A stretch of 64,000 bases of DNA, taken from assembly GCA_964487795.1 (NCBI GenBank), contig CAZASI010000002.1, positions 180,349-244,348 of the forward strand. Direction: 5' to 3'. Below, in pieces: positions 16,986-26,295 of the stretch; position 1 is the first letter of the stretch; every line of letters starts with the position of its first letter. The stretch comes from an uncultured Gammaproteobacteria bacterium. Lineage in GTDB: Bacteria > Patescibacteriota > Patescibacteriia > Patescibacteriales > Patescibacteriaceae. Made by a program: the position numbers and the translations under genes. The notes beneath the pieces were generated by a model. It worked only from the letters and a program-made list of their open reading frames with translations, was not told the DNA's origin and ran no database searches.

Positions 16986-18482
16986 TTAAGCAAGTCCCCC
17001 ACTTTCAGGCTTTGATAAAACCATTAACATTGCCAAATAGCCAAAGCCAAGCGGATGATTTAAATACGGTGTAAAAAAGTTCAAGGCAATGAGTGCCACT
17101 AAACTTGCTATGGCAGGTAAAGCTGTATGCGGTCTTGTTCGAATCAGCCGAAAGGTACTTTTAACAATTAAATATAAAAGCCACAAGTAGGCGCCAAGTC
17201 CAAGCAAGCCAAGCTTCATCCACAAATCAAGCCAACCCCATTCGAAGGCATGAGTTGTATATAAACCACTAGCATCATTTTGTCTGACGCGCGGATCACT
17301 TGAAATATAACTTAAACTTTTACCAAGCCCTTGTCCAAAAATTGGTTGTTCAAGAATTGCATTTTTCATGACTGGCAACAATGACCAACGCGAGGCTGCA
17401 CCAGCTTCAAACTCCGTAGCCCTATCAGTCAAAATAGAGGTGCTTAAATCACTCGTTGGACGCGGGAAAGGGAAACGTACTGCAATTATGAGCAGTATGG
17501 CACTTAGAAGGGCCACAGAAGCCCCGTAGAGGGCTATCGCTCCAATATGCTTCATATTGGGCCGGAAATAGATAAACGCTAAGCTAAGGCCGAAGAAAAG
17601 CCCAAGAGCAGTGCCAACCCAAAAGCTTCGAGATAAGCTAATAAGAATAACACAGAAGAAAAATGAGCTGGCAATCAAGTTTTTAAAAAGTGGTGTTGTT
17701 AAATGCCATTTTTGTTCTGCGGCTTTTTTTACAAAAAACCCAATTGAGATAAAGAAGGCCGGAATAACAAATACCTGTGATTGTAAAAATACTCGAGTGA
17801 ATTTGTTTGGCAGACGCGTAATTTCTCCAAGCAGAGTGCTGCGAGTCCACATATACAAATGATCAAGTAAAGGCATTTCATGCGAAAAAATAAAAAGCAT
17901 GCCGAAGCTTTTTATCGCAATCCAAAATCCAGCTGCAGCGAGTGAGACAAGTAACCAACGTCGTTTTTCAGAAGAAGCACAGAGTGTAAAAAATGGCACT
18001 ATAAATATAAGATATGCCCAGCGTTTGCCTTCATCAATAATAAATGACATTTCGTTACCGCGCAGATATCCTATTAAGGCTGCCACTGCAATTGAAATTA
18101 ATAAAAGACCAAGTGGTTTTAAATAAGGAAAAATTTTAATCGAATACGGCAATCGTTTACTTTTGTAGATACCAATAAGTTCTTTACTTATCCAAACGAC
18201 CATGACCGCTGTCCACAGTCCAATGCGTAACGAAATTCGATTGGGTTCCTCGGCAATTGAGAACAAATAGCCTTGAGATCCGATCAACAATTCAATGATA
18301 ATAATTAAAAAGCCGTAAAATAAATCTTTAACGCTCATGACAATTGCCAGGATGATAATCGCCGCGGCAATCACATAACCCAGAGGGTGATACAAGTATG
18401 AAAAAAACGAAAAGAGTTCGCACAAGGCGAGAATGATAACTATGCCAATAATATCTTTTTGATTCTGTGTGAGTGTTGTCAT
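16986..18482 (-). CDS. O-antigen ligase/polymerase-like (Wzy_C) integral membrane protein
   Basis: About 12 TM segments with a large extracytoplasmic loop carrying THAFEWGWLD-type residues, the usual Wzy_C topology. Confidence 0.7.
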   Translation of the reverse strand: MTTLTQNQKDIIGIVIILALCELFSFFSYLYHPLGYVIAAAIIILAIVMSVKDLFYGFLIIIIELLIGSQGYLFSIAEEPNRISLRIGLWTAVMVVWISKELIGIYKSKRLPYSIKIFPYLKPLGLLLISIAVAALIGYLRGNEMSFIIDEGKRWAYLIFIVPFFTLCASSEKRRWLLVSLAAAGFWIAIKSFGMLFIFSHEMPLLDHLYMWTRSTLLGEITRLPNKFTRVFLQSQVFVIPAFFISIGFFVKKAAEQKWHLTTPLFKNLIASSFFFCVILISLSRSFWVGTALGLFFGLSLAFIYFRPNMKHIGAIALYGASVALLSAILLIIAVRFPFPRPTSDLSTSILTDRATEFEAGAASRWSLLPVMKNAILEQPIFGQGLGKSLSYISSDPRVRQNDASGLYTTHAFEWGWLDLWMKLGLLGLGAYLWLLYLIVKSTFRLIRTRPHTALPAIASLVALIALNFFTPYLNHPLGFGYLAMLMVLSKPESGGLA

Positions 18483-18483
18483 A

Positions 18484-18924
18484 TTATTCTATACGGTCAT
18501 AAATTATCAGGCCCAATTTCTCAGCTGTTCCGGCGTTTAATTCAAGAACTTGATCAACATTGCCAACTGAAGGATAGGGTGTGTACGGCTCTTTCTGTTC
18601 GGCTTGCAAATTGGCTGATATTCCAATCAGCTCTCCCCTATTAATCCAAATAATGTCCAAGGGAAAATTCATTTCTCTCATAACAAATGTTTTTGGAGAT
18701 GAATTGAAAAAGTTAAACATCATACCGCAGTTATCACACATTGAGCTTCGTCGACTTAATCCATTGTACCAATCTCGTTCTTGTTCGACAAATTCTACTT
18801 GAATCGTATTCCCTCGGATCATCACGGAACCAAATCGACCATTATTGTATACAGAAGCGCGTAGTGGCCAACCGATACATGATATCAGTAGCATCAACAC
18901 AACAAAAAGAGAGATTCGATACAT
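18484..18924 (-). CDS. DUF192 domain protein
   Basis: FVMREMNFPLDIIWINRGELIGI...VLELNAGTAEKLGL matches the DUF192 pattern. Confidence 0.7.
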   Translation of the reverse strand: MYRISLFVVLMLLISCIGWPLRASVYNNGRFGSVMIRGNTIQVEFVEQERDWYNGLSRRSSMCDNCGMMFNFFNSSPKTFVMREMNFPLDIIWINRGELIGISANLQAEQKEPYTPYPSVGNVDQVLELNAGTAEKLGLIIYDRIE

Positions 18925-19620
18925 TTAAATAAGTTTATGTTTTGTTTTGATGGTCATTACTGCCGCTTTATATTTTTTAACAGACGCTAAAAACGGTAAT
19001 AACTTATAAGTCACTTTGGGAAGCCAGTTACTCATATGGCCCTTCCCTAACAATGTTTTATATAAGGGCTCGTCAATCCAGATTCCTTTTTTACCGGACT
19101 CAAGCATTGTTAACCATAGATCCCAATCTTGTAAACGTTTAAGAGTTGGATCAAAGCCGGGAAAATCCGCACGACGAATTAATGAGCTCGTGTGAATATA
19201 GGGCATCTTTTTTAGTCTTGTTTCGTCATAAGGAAACAGTTTAAAAAGTTTGGCTCCATAATAAAATGATGAAAATACAAAACTTTTGTCAGGATTGATT
19301 TCGAGCGTCTGTTTCATCTTGGCTAGCATTTGGGGATTCATAACAACATCAGCATCGCAAAAAATTACAAAGTCGCCTGTTGATTTTGCAAAACCGAAAT
19401 TACGCGTCGGGTTTGATCCTTCATTTTGCTTACTAAAGAAATGAACTGCTTGAGACGGATGCTTGGCTATAAACTGATCAACAACTTCGTGTACATTATC
19501 ATTTGAACCATCATCAACAATAATCAATTCTAAGTCACGCTCGGTTTGTAATGCGATGCTTTCAAGACAAAAGGATATTTTATCGGCTTGATTATGCACT
19601 GGGATGATTATTGAAATCAT
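18925..19620 (-). CDS. Glycosyltransferase family 2
   Basis: ISIIIPVHNQ...ELIIVDDGSND...FCDADV (DxD) are GT-A motifs. Confidence 0.85.
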   Translation of the reverse strand: MISIIIPVHNQADKISFCLESIALQTERDLELIIVDDGSNDNVHEVVDQFIAKHPSQAVHFFSKQNEGSNPTRNFGFAKSTGDFVIFCDADVVMNPQMLAKMKQTLEINPDKSFVFSSFYYGAKLFKLFPYDETRLKKMPYIHTSSLIRRADFPGFDPTLKRLQDWDLWLTMLESGKKGIWIDEPLYKTLLGKGHMSNWLPKVTYKLLPFLASVKKYKAAVMTIKTKHKLI

Positions 19621-20702
19621 TTTGTTTCTTTAAGTATCGAATAAAATTCTTTCACTCGTTTATCCCAAGTGCACTGAGTACTGACCCACTCCCTCGCTTG
19701 TCTTCCCAGGGTTTCAGTAAGAGCCCTGTCAGTAGCCAATAGTTCTATTGTTTGCGCAATTTCATCAATATTTTCTTCATCTACAACAAGTCCGTTTTTC
19801 ATGTGCTTGACTGCATCAGGTACGCCGCCGCTTTTGCCGGCAATTACGGGTTTGCCAAACATGTTGGCTTCAAGATATACAATTCCAAAGCCTTCATAGT
19901 CTCCGGAAATATTTCGCGCCGTCATAATAAAAGCGTCGCTTAAACTAAACCAGGCCCATTTCTGTTCATCACTGACCTTATGAAGAAAAATTACCTGAGC
20001 TCGCAAACCAAGCACTTCTACTGCTTTTTGCAAAGCATCAGTTTCCGGTCCATCGCCAATAATTACATAGCGTAAAAATGGTTGCTTGTCTTTTAAGGCG
20101 GCCATAGCAGAAATTACCGCGTCAAATCCTTTACGTTTTACTAAACGTCCAACACTTAATAAGACAAAACAATGTTCCAATCCGTAATTTTCTCTAAGTC
20201 CATGTGCTAAGCCGGGTCTAAAGCTTGGTAAAACAGTATCGATAGCCGGATTTACTACATGGATTTTATCAGTTTGATTAATAAAAGCTTGCACCAAAGA
20301 AGCTGTATAACTATTGGCACAAATAATTTTTGAAGCACGCTGCAGAATTTTCTTTGCTAAAAACTTTTTCCAAAATACTTGAGTCGCCAAAGAAAAATCC
20401 AAGCCATGCAAAACTACAGCATAACGAAAATTTGCAACATGAGACACGAGCCACATAGCAGTGCCAATTGGCAGTACTTCTCCTGCGATAAGCCAGTCCG
20501 GTTTTATATTTTTTACAACTCGTCGAATTCTAAAACACGCCGGTAGCCACGAAAATATTGGCAATCGTTTATTAACAAGTTCTCTCTGTCTGTTATCAAC
20601 CACACTAAACTCATCCGGCCAATATTCGGTGAGTTTGGCATAATAGTTTTCTGCGCCGCCAATCGCCGGCGGATATTCTAAAGCAAATAAAATGGTTTTC
20701 AT
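19617..20702 (-). CDS. Glycosyltransferase family 4 (GT-B)
   Basis: C-terminal EGFGIVYLEANMFGKPVIAGKSGG (E-x7-E type motif). Confidence 0.85.
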   Translation of the reverse strand: MKTILFALEYPPAIGGAENYYAKLTEYWPDEFSVVDNRQRELVNKRLPIFSWLPACFRIRRVVKNIKPDWLIAGEVLPIGTAMWLVSHVANFRYAVVLHGLDFSLATQVFWKKFLAKKILQRASKIICANSYTASLVQAFINQTDKIHVVNPAIDTVLPSFRPGLAHGLRENYGLEHCFVLLSVGRLVKRKGFDAVISAMAALKDKQPFLRYVIIGDGPETDALQKAVEVLGLRAQVIFLHKVSDEQKWAWFSLSDAFIMTARNISGDYEGFGIVYLEANMFGKPVIAGKSGGVPDAVKHMKNGLVVDEENIDEIAQTIELLATDRALTETLGRQAREWVSTQCTWDKRVKEFYSILKETK

Positions 20703-22141
20703 ACGCTTTTGTGAAATACGCGCAAGGCTGATTTAATCTCTTCTTTACTAAACACTCCAAAAATATACAAGGCAACACCGTAGGAGGCAGCTGATATAAG
20801 AATGGTGACTATTGGATTAAGATATTCCTTAAGAATATAGGTTAATATACCCATCACTGTCGCTGCGGCGAGGACTTGTACAATCATGAGTAGGAGGGTT
20901 TTAATACGAAGTTTTGTAATGCTTGGTACGACTATAACGCCTAATACCAGCATAACAATACTTGAAATAACTGTCGTGATACAAGCGCCTAACACTCCGT
21001 AACGCGGAATAAGAATAATATTAATTGCAGCGCTTAAAAACGCCGTGATGGTCATATTAACGGTATTACGTTTTTGACGGTCGCAGGCGTTAAGTAGTGA
21101 TCCAATCGGGAAACCAACAAACATAAACGGCACGGCCAACATTGAGACCCGAAGTAACATTGCTGACTCGCCAAAATCATTTTTAAATAATAATACTATT
21201 TGATCGGCCAAAATAATTGCTCCGACGCTTAACGGGATTGAGATAAGTAAACAATATTTAATTCCCTGTTCGAGGGCGACGGATAATTTTTCACGTGCGT
21301 TATGCCAGTATGAACTAAGTGTCGGATACAAAGATGCTACGAATGCCAATGGTAAAAACTGAAGAGCAATAATAATTTTAAATGGTACTTGATATAATCC
21401 AACGGCTCTATCCCCTGCTAATTTAAATAGTAAGACCGAGTCAAAGTACGTATAAAAACGCTGCACAACGACAAACATACCAAAAGGCAAAGTTAGTTTT
21501 ACCAAACTTCGAATCAAGACGGGATCCCAACGCGGCCAGGGTCCAATCTTCCAAACATTGCGAACTGTAAACATCGCGTAGAAAAAGTTAAACGCGCTCG
21601 CTAAAGCCAAGGTACTCATAAGCCAGGCAATACCCCAATCTTCTTTTAAGATAAACAAACTGAGAACTAAAACAATAAGCTGGAACAAGACTGAAGAAAT
21701 GCTTTCATATTTAAGATTATGAAAACCTCGTGCAACCGCAAAGAACGCATTGGTAAAACCGTCAAAGAGCATTGTAATACACGAAATATAAATAAGCTGC
21801 TTGACAATCGGTTCGTAATCCCAGAGTGTTGACCAAAGCACTAATGCGCCAATCGTAATCAATGCCAAGGGCAATTTGAGCGCCATCACATTTGCTAAAA
21901 TAGATTTAGCTTTTTCCGGGGCTTTAGAAACTTCGCGGGTAATAACATTTCCAATACCAAAATCAATAAAGATTCCAAAAATAGAAGTTACGGAAATCGC
22001 AAAATAATATAAACCCAAATCAGCCGCACCTAAGTAGCGGGCGTACAGAGTAAAGTAGCTTAAAGAGATGATTTTTTGCAAAACCAAAGCCAGTGTAAAA
22101 TATGAAGTATTGCGGGCCAGTTGAGACATATAATCACGCAT
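20699..22141 (-). CDS. Wzx-like oligosaccharide flippase (MOP superfamily)
   Basis: About 14 TM segments. The N-terminal NTSYFTLALVLQKIISLSYFTLYARYLG pattern is typical of polysaccharide biosynthesis (Polysacc_synt) proteins. Confidence 0.8.
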   Translation of the reverse strand: MRDYMSQLARNTSYFTLALVLQKIISLSYFTLYARYLGAADLGLYYFAISVTSIFGIFIDFGIGNVITREVSKAPEKAKSILANVMALKLPLALITIGALVLWSTLWDYEPIVKQLIYISCITMLFDGFTNAFFAVARGFHNLKYESISSVLFQLIVLVLSLFILKEDWGIAWLMSTLALASAFNFFYAMFTVRNVWKIGPWPRWDPVLIRSLVKLTLPFGMFVVVQRFYTYFDSVLLFKLAGDRAVGLYQVPFKIIIALQFLPLAFVASLYPTLSSYWHNAREKLSVALEQGIKYCLLISIPLSVGAIILADQIVLLFKNDFGESAMLLRVSMLAVPFMFVGFPIGSLLNACDRQKRNTVNMTITAFLSAAINIILIPRYGVLGACITTVISSIVMLVLGVIVVPSITKLRIKTLLLMIVQVLAAATVMGILTYILKEYLNPIVTILISAASYGVALYIFGVFSKEEIKSALRVFHKSV

Positions 22142-22171
22142 ATCCTAACATTTTTCGCCTAAATTCGCAAT

Positions 22172-22200
22172 AAAAAAACAGCCCCGAATAAACGGGACTG
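22172..22200 (-). terminator. Intrinsic terminator after rpsI
   Basis: Minus strand: CAGUCCCG-uuuauu-CGGGGCUG followed by U7. Confidence 0.6.
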
Positions 22201-22215
22201 TTTTGGAAATATAAT

Positions 22216-22671
22216 TTAACGTTTGCTCCACTGTGGGGCGCGACGAGCGCGTTTCAAACCAGGTTTCTTTCTTTCTTTGGCGCGTGAGTCACGAGTCAAT
22301 AAGCGCTGTGCTTTTAAGACTGGGCGTAATTCTTTATCAAGTTCAAGTAAGGTGCGGGCAATACCGTGACGAACTGCTTCAGCTTGTCCTTGCTTACCGC
22401 CGCCTTTAACACGTACTGTTACATCAAAAATGCCTTCCATGGCAACACTTTTAAAAGCTTCAACAACAACCATTTGCATTAACGGAGTGCGGAAGTATTC
22501 AACCATTGGCATATTGTTCACAGTGATAATGCCTTTGCCGCCTTTAAACAAGCGAACGCGAGCAGCGGCTGTCTTACGTTTGCCGGTTGCTTCAATATAC
22601 ACGCGTGAACTTGCTGGCGCGGCTTCTTTAACGGTTTTCTTTACTGGCTTTGCGGTTTTAGTTTCAGTCAT
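22216..22671 (-). CDS. rpsI: 30S ribosomal protein S9 (with ~20-aa N-terminal extension)
   Basis: ATGKRKTAAARVRL...GGGKQGQAEAVRHGIARTLL...RDSRAKERKKPGLKRARRAPQWSKR. Confidence 0.95.
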   Translation of the reverse strand: MTETKTAKPVKKTVKEAAPASSRVYIEATGKRKTAAARVRLFKGGKGIITVNNMPMVEYFRTPLMQMVVVEAFKSVAMEGIFDVTVRVKGGGKQGQAEAVRHGIARTLLELDKELRPVLKAQRLLTRDSRAKERKKPGLKRARRAPQWSKR

Positions 22672-22675
22672 ATGC

Positions 22676-23041
22676 TTATTTGATAATCAAACGCTTCATC
22701 ATAGCAGTACGCAAACGGTTGTCTGGCAACATTTCTTTAACTGCTCGACGCAATACTTCATCAGGACGAGCTGCAAAGATGTCAGACATTTTCTTGGTTT
22801 TTAAACCACCAGGATATCCGGAATAATGATGATACACTTTCTGATCCATTTTCTTACCACTAAAAGTTACTTTGCTTACATTAAGTACTTCAACAATATC
22901 TCCTTCGTCCTTATGCGGCTGGAAAGTCGCTTTGTGCTTTCCGCGAAGCAAGGTTGAAACTTTAACAGCCAAACGACCCAGGGCAATACCTGTTGCGTCT
23001 ATACTTAGTCTATTTCTCATTAATGGAGTGGCTTTTGTCAT
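22676..23041 (-). CDS. rplM: 50S ribosomal protein L13
   Basis: IDATGIALGRLAVKVSTLLRGKHK...HHYSGYPGG...MLPDNRL. ATG 23041 avoids overlap with rplQ. Confidence 0.95.
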   Translation of the reverse strand: MTKATPLMRNRLSIDATGIALGRLAVKVSTLLRGKHKATFQPHKDEGDIVEVLNVSKVTFSGKKMDQKVYHHYSGYPGGLKTKKMSDIFAARPDEVLRRAVKEMLPDNRLRTAMMKRLIIK

Positions 23042-23045
23042 ATGT

Positions 23046-23396
23046 TTATACAAGTTCAATCTGGACCATGACAGCGCCATCGCCTTGTCTATTGGTCAAT
23101 TTAACAATACGGGTGTAGCCGCCTTTGCGATCTTTATATCGTGCACCCAATACATCCATGGCTTTCTTAACGGCCAATGGTTGAGGTAAAGTGCTGATCA
23201 ATTGGCGACGAGCGCTTAAATTCCCCTCTTTTGAAACCGTAATCAAGCGTTCAACTAAAGAGCGCACCGTTTTTGCTTTAGCTTGAGTAGTTTTAACTTT
23301 TTCATACATTAAAACACTAGCCGCAAGATTGCGAAGCATGAGCTCGCGCGGAGCTTTCTTTCTGTCTAAAATTTTTCCTGTATTACGGTGACGCAT
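23046..23396 (-). CDS. rplQ: 50S ribosomal protein L17
   Basis: MRHRNTGKILDRKKAPRELMLRNLA...KTTQAKAKTVRSLVERLIT...GGYTRIVKL. Confidence 0.95.
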   Translation of the reverse strand: MRHRNTGKILDRKKAPRELMLRNLAASVLMYEKVKTTQAKAKTVRSLVERLITVSKEGNLSARRQLISTLPQPLAVKKAMDVLGARYKDRKGGYTRIVKLTNRQGDGAVMVQIELV

Positions 23397-23402
23397 ATCT
23401 GG

Positions 23403-24209
23403 TTATTTTTTCTTTGACTTAGGCTTCTCTTCATCCTCAACAACAACTTCTTCCTCAGCAGCTGCCTCAATGACTTCAGGAGCTTCTTCTTTAACCTCTT
23501 CTTCAATGACAGTACCGGCAGCAATATCTTTCAAACCTGAGAATTGATCAATTAAAATTTGGTTGGCACTAGTAAAAGCGTCTTCAACTGAAATTGTTCC
23601 GTCGGTCAATACATCCAAAACCATTTTCTCCCAGTTAACCATTTTACCGACACGAACGTTTTGAATTTCCAAAGCGACGTGTAAGACTGGTGAAAAAATA
23701 GCATCGATTTCAATATAACCAAGTTCTTTCTTGCCTTCTTCGCGAGTTTCAATAGTTTCATAACCCATACCGCGACGAACAAAAATTTCAATGGTCAATT
23801 TACCGCTCATATCTGTGATATGGGCAATAACTGACTTCGGATTAACAATTTCAACTCCAGCTTGCTTTTCAATATCAGCTGCAGTTACAGCCTTTTCTCC
23901 AAAGGCAGATAGCGTTAAACGGGCTTCAGTAACATCTTCATCAAGTTTAAAACGCACTTTTTTCAAATTTAGCATGATTTCCAAAACATCTTCTTTGATG
24001 TTTGGTAATGCCATAAATTCATGGCTGGCGCCTTCAATCTTAGCTCCGATAACAGCAGTTCCCGGCAACGAAGCGAGCAGAACGCGACGCAAAGCGTTAC
24101 CGATTGTTGTGCCGTAACCAGGTGCTAACGGCTCAATAATAATTTGAGCGCGGTTCACTTCCTCGGAAGCGACGATGGAAACTTTTTTTGGCAATGCTAT
24201 TTTTTGCAT
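23403..24209 (-). CDS. rpoA: DNA-directed RNA polymerase alpha subunit, N-terminal domain only, with an acidic tail (no alpha-CTD)
   Basis: IEPLAPGYGTTIGNALRRVLLASLPG (alpha-NTD). The protein ends ...EEEVKEEAPEVIEAAAEEEVVVEDEEKPKSKKK at about 268 aa. rplQ follows 7 nt later. Confidence 0.9.
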   Translation of the reverse strand: MQKIALPKKVSIVASEEVNRAQIIIEPLAPGYGTTIGNALRRVLLASLPGTAVIGAKIEGASHEFMALPNIKEDVLEIMLNLKKVRFKLDEDVTEARLTLSAFGEKAVTAADIEKQAGVEIVNPKSVIAHITDMSGKLTIEIFVRRGMGYETIETREEGKKELGYIEIDAIFSPVLHVALEIQNVRVGKMVNWEKMVLDVLTDGTISVEDAFTSANQILIDQFSGLKDIAAGTVIEEEVKEEAPEVIEAAAEEEVVVEDEEKPKSKKK

Positions 24210-24248
24210 ATGGCTTATGTGCGTGCCCAAAGGGCGTTTAAAAGCAAA

Positions 24249-24773
24249 TTAACGTGAGTAAAATTCAACAATCAACTGACTGGCAACCGACTGATCCAAA
24301 TCATCTTTTTTCGGTTCATGCAGTACTTTACCGGACATTTCAGCTGCGTCAAAGGTAATCCAACTCGGTAATGTCGCCTTTTTCAAGCGTTCAGCCAAAT
24401 CATGATATGGTTTCTTGTCTTTCTTGTTTTTTCTGACAGCAATAACATCATTGGCTTTGACTTGGTATGAAGGAATGTTTACCTTGCTGCCGTTAACTGT
24501 AAAGTGCGCATGGCTGACCATTTGGCGTGATTGCTTGCGAGTAATGGCCAAACCAAAGCGAAATACAACGTTATCAAGACGCATTTCTAACAAACGGAGC
24601 AAGTTTTCTCCGGCGTCCCCGCCCTTTTTCTGACCCTTCAAGAAAGTCAATTTAAATTGCTTTTCGCGAAGACCATACATCTCCTTGGCCTTTTGCTTTT
24701 CACGCAATTGAAGACCGTAGGTGCTTTGTTTCTTGGGGCGAGCTGATCCGCCTGGTTTTGCTAGTGGTGACAT
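24249..24773 (-). CDS. rpsD: 30S ribosomal protein S4 (N-terminally short, 174 aa)
   Basis: YGLQLREKQKAKEMYGLREKQF...RLDNVVFRFGLAITRKQSRQMVSHAHFTVNG (S4 domain). Confidence 0.9.
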   Translation of the reverse strand: MSPLAKPGGSARPKKQSTYGLQLREKQKAKEMYGLREKQFKLTFLKGQKKGGDAGENLLRLLEMRLDNVVFRFGLAITRKQSRQMVSHAHFTVNGSKVNIPSYQVKANDVIAVRKNKKDKKPYHDLAERLKKATLPSWITFDAAEMSGKVLHEPKKDDLDQSVASQLIVEFYSR

Positions 24774-24792
24774 AATATTATTATCTGTGGTC

Positions 24793-25341
24793 TTAAACGC
24801 GACGCGGTTTGCGAGCGCGGCAACCGTTATGCGGTAAAGGAGTTATATCTTTAATATAAGTAATATTCAAGCCGTTGGCATTCAAGGCACGAACCGCTGA
24901 CTCACGACCGGTGCCAACACCTTTAACAAAAACTTTAACTTCAGACAATCCGTATTCTTCCTTAGCTTTTTCAACAGCAATACGAGTAATGATTTGAGCG
25001 GCATACGGAGTTGCCTTTTTCGGACCCTTAAATCCGGCTAAACCGGCATTGGCCCAAGACAACACGTTACCGTCATTGTCGGTCAAAGTAATAACCGTAT
25101 TGTTGTAAGTTGAACGTACAAAAGCTTTACCGGCCGTAACGCGCTTCTTTTCACCTTTCTTCTTGCGCTTACCTTTAATCGGAGTGCGGCTGGCTTTTTG
25201 CTTTTCTAATTTCTTTTTAATTTCATCAGGCAATTCTTCCGGTTTGCCAGCATCATCACCTTTGCGTTCAGCAACAGCCTCTTCCGGTACTTCTACCGCA
25301 GTTGTTTCTTCTGTTTCAGTTGTCTTGGTTTCTTCAGTCAT
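24793..25341 (-). CDS. rpsK: 30S ribosomal protein S11 (with ~55-aa charged N-terminal extension)
   Basis: GKAFVRSTYNNTVITLTD..GNVLSWANAG..GFKGPKKATPYAAQ...PHNGCRARKPRRV. Confidence 0.95.
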   Translation of the reverse strand: MTEETKTTETEETTAVEVPEEAVAERKGDDAGKPEELPDEIKKKLEKQKASRTPIKGKRKKKGEKKRVTAGKAFVRSTYNNTVITLTDNDGNVLSWANAGLAGFKGPKKATPYAAQIITRIAVEKAKEEYGLSEVKVFVKGVGTGRESAVRALNANGLNITYIKDITPLPHNGCRARKPRRV

Positions 25342-25354
25342 AGGTGTTACTTAA

Positions 25355-25747
25355 TTAAGTCTTTTGAGCAGACATCTTCTTACCTGAAGTTGCTGTGCGA
25401 CGAACATTACCGCGAACTGTGCGGTTGTTTGTTTTTGTGCGCTGTCCGCGAACTGGTAGATGTTTGGCATGGCGAGAACCGCGGTAGGCGCCGATATCTT
25501 TCAAGCGCTTAACGTTAGCAGAAACTTCGCGACGCAAATCGCCTTCAACTTTCATATCCTTTTCAATCAAAGCACGCAAGCGATTAACGTCTTCTTCCTT
25601 TAAATCCTTCACTCGGATACTGCCGTTGACCTTGGCCTTGTCTAAAATGTTGTTCGCAGTGATACGTCCAATACCAAAAATATACGTTAAAGCTATTTCA
25701 ACGCGTTTTTCATTCGGGATAACTACACCGGCGATACGTACGGCCAT
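25355..25747 (-). CDS. rpsM: 30S ribosomal protein S13
   Basis: [27 protein letters not shown]...[22 protein letters not shown]. Confidence 0.95.
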   Translation of the reverse strand: MAVRIAGVVIPNEKRVEIALTYIFGIGRITANNILDKAKVNGSIRVKDLKEEDVNRLRALIEKDMKVEGDLRREVSANVKRLKDIGAYRGSRHAKHLPVRGQRTKTNNRTVRGNVRRTATSGKKMSAQKT

Positions 25748-25770
25748 ACAATAAATAATAGTTTAAAAAA

Positions 25771-25884
25771 TTAACCTTGGCGCTGCTTATGTTTAGGAGT
25801 CTTGCACAAAACCATCACTCGTCCTTTACGACGAATTGTTTTACAGTCTTTGCAGATTTTCTTTACGGAAGCGCGTACTTTCAT
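25771..25884 (-). CDS. rpmJ: 50S ribosomal protein L36 (37 aa; below the ORF-track size cutoff)
   Basis: My own minus-strand translation: [37 protein letters not shown]. Confidence 0.9.
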   Translation of the reverse strand: MKVRASVKKICKDCKTIRRKGRVMVLCKTPKHKQRQG

Positions 25885-25892
25885 GTGATAGA

Positions 25893-26117
25893 TTACAGTC
25901 TGTAAGTAATACGACCCTTACTTAGATCATACGGACTCATTTCAACCTTAACGCGGTCGCCGGGAGCAATGCGAATTTTAAACATCCGCATTTTACCGGA
26001 TAAGTGAGCCAAGATCTCATGGCCGTTTTCAAGTTTTACTCTAAAAGTGGCGGCAGGCATAAGTTCAAGAACTTCGCCTTCCATCTCTATAAAGTCTTTT
26101 GAATTGTTCTCAGTCAT
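25893..26117 (-). CDS. infA: Translation initiation factor IF-1
   Basis: [64 protein letters not shown]. Confidence 0.95.
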   Translation of the reverse strand: MTENNSKDFIEMEGEVLELMPAATFRVKLENGHEILAHLSGKMRMFKIRIAPGDRVKVEMSPYDLSKGRITYRL

Positions 26118-26124
26118 TTAAACA

Positions 26125-26156
26125 ATAAAAATTTTGGTAAATCCAATCTACCAAAA
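26125..26156 (-). promoter_or_regulatory. Terminator-like hairpin plus U-run inside the infA leader (possible attenuator)
   Basis: Minus strand: UUUUGGUA-9 nt-UACCAAAA (26156-26132) then UUUUUAUUG. The hairpin ends 14 nt before the infA ATG and lies downstream of the promoter at 26217-26245. Confidence 0.5.
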
Positions 26157-26216
26157 TCTTCCCTTAGTAAATATAGGAGAAATTTAATGATTTCAACATT
26201 TTTTACGTGTAAAGCT

Positions 26217-26245
26217 ATTATAGAGGTAATCTAATTTAGTGTCAA
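26217..26245 (-). promoter_or_regulatory. Consensus sigma-70 promoter upstream of infA
   Basis: Minus strand: TTGACA (26245-26240), 17 nt, TATAAT (26222-26217). Confidence 0.6.
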
Positions 26246-26295
26246 GCATTTCGACTGGGTAGCTTTCAATATAATAATTTACTTAATATTAGCCA

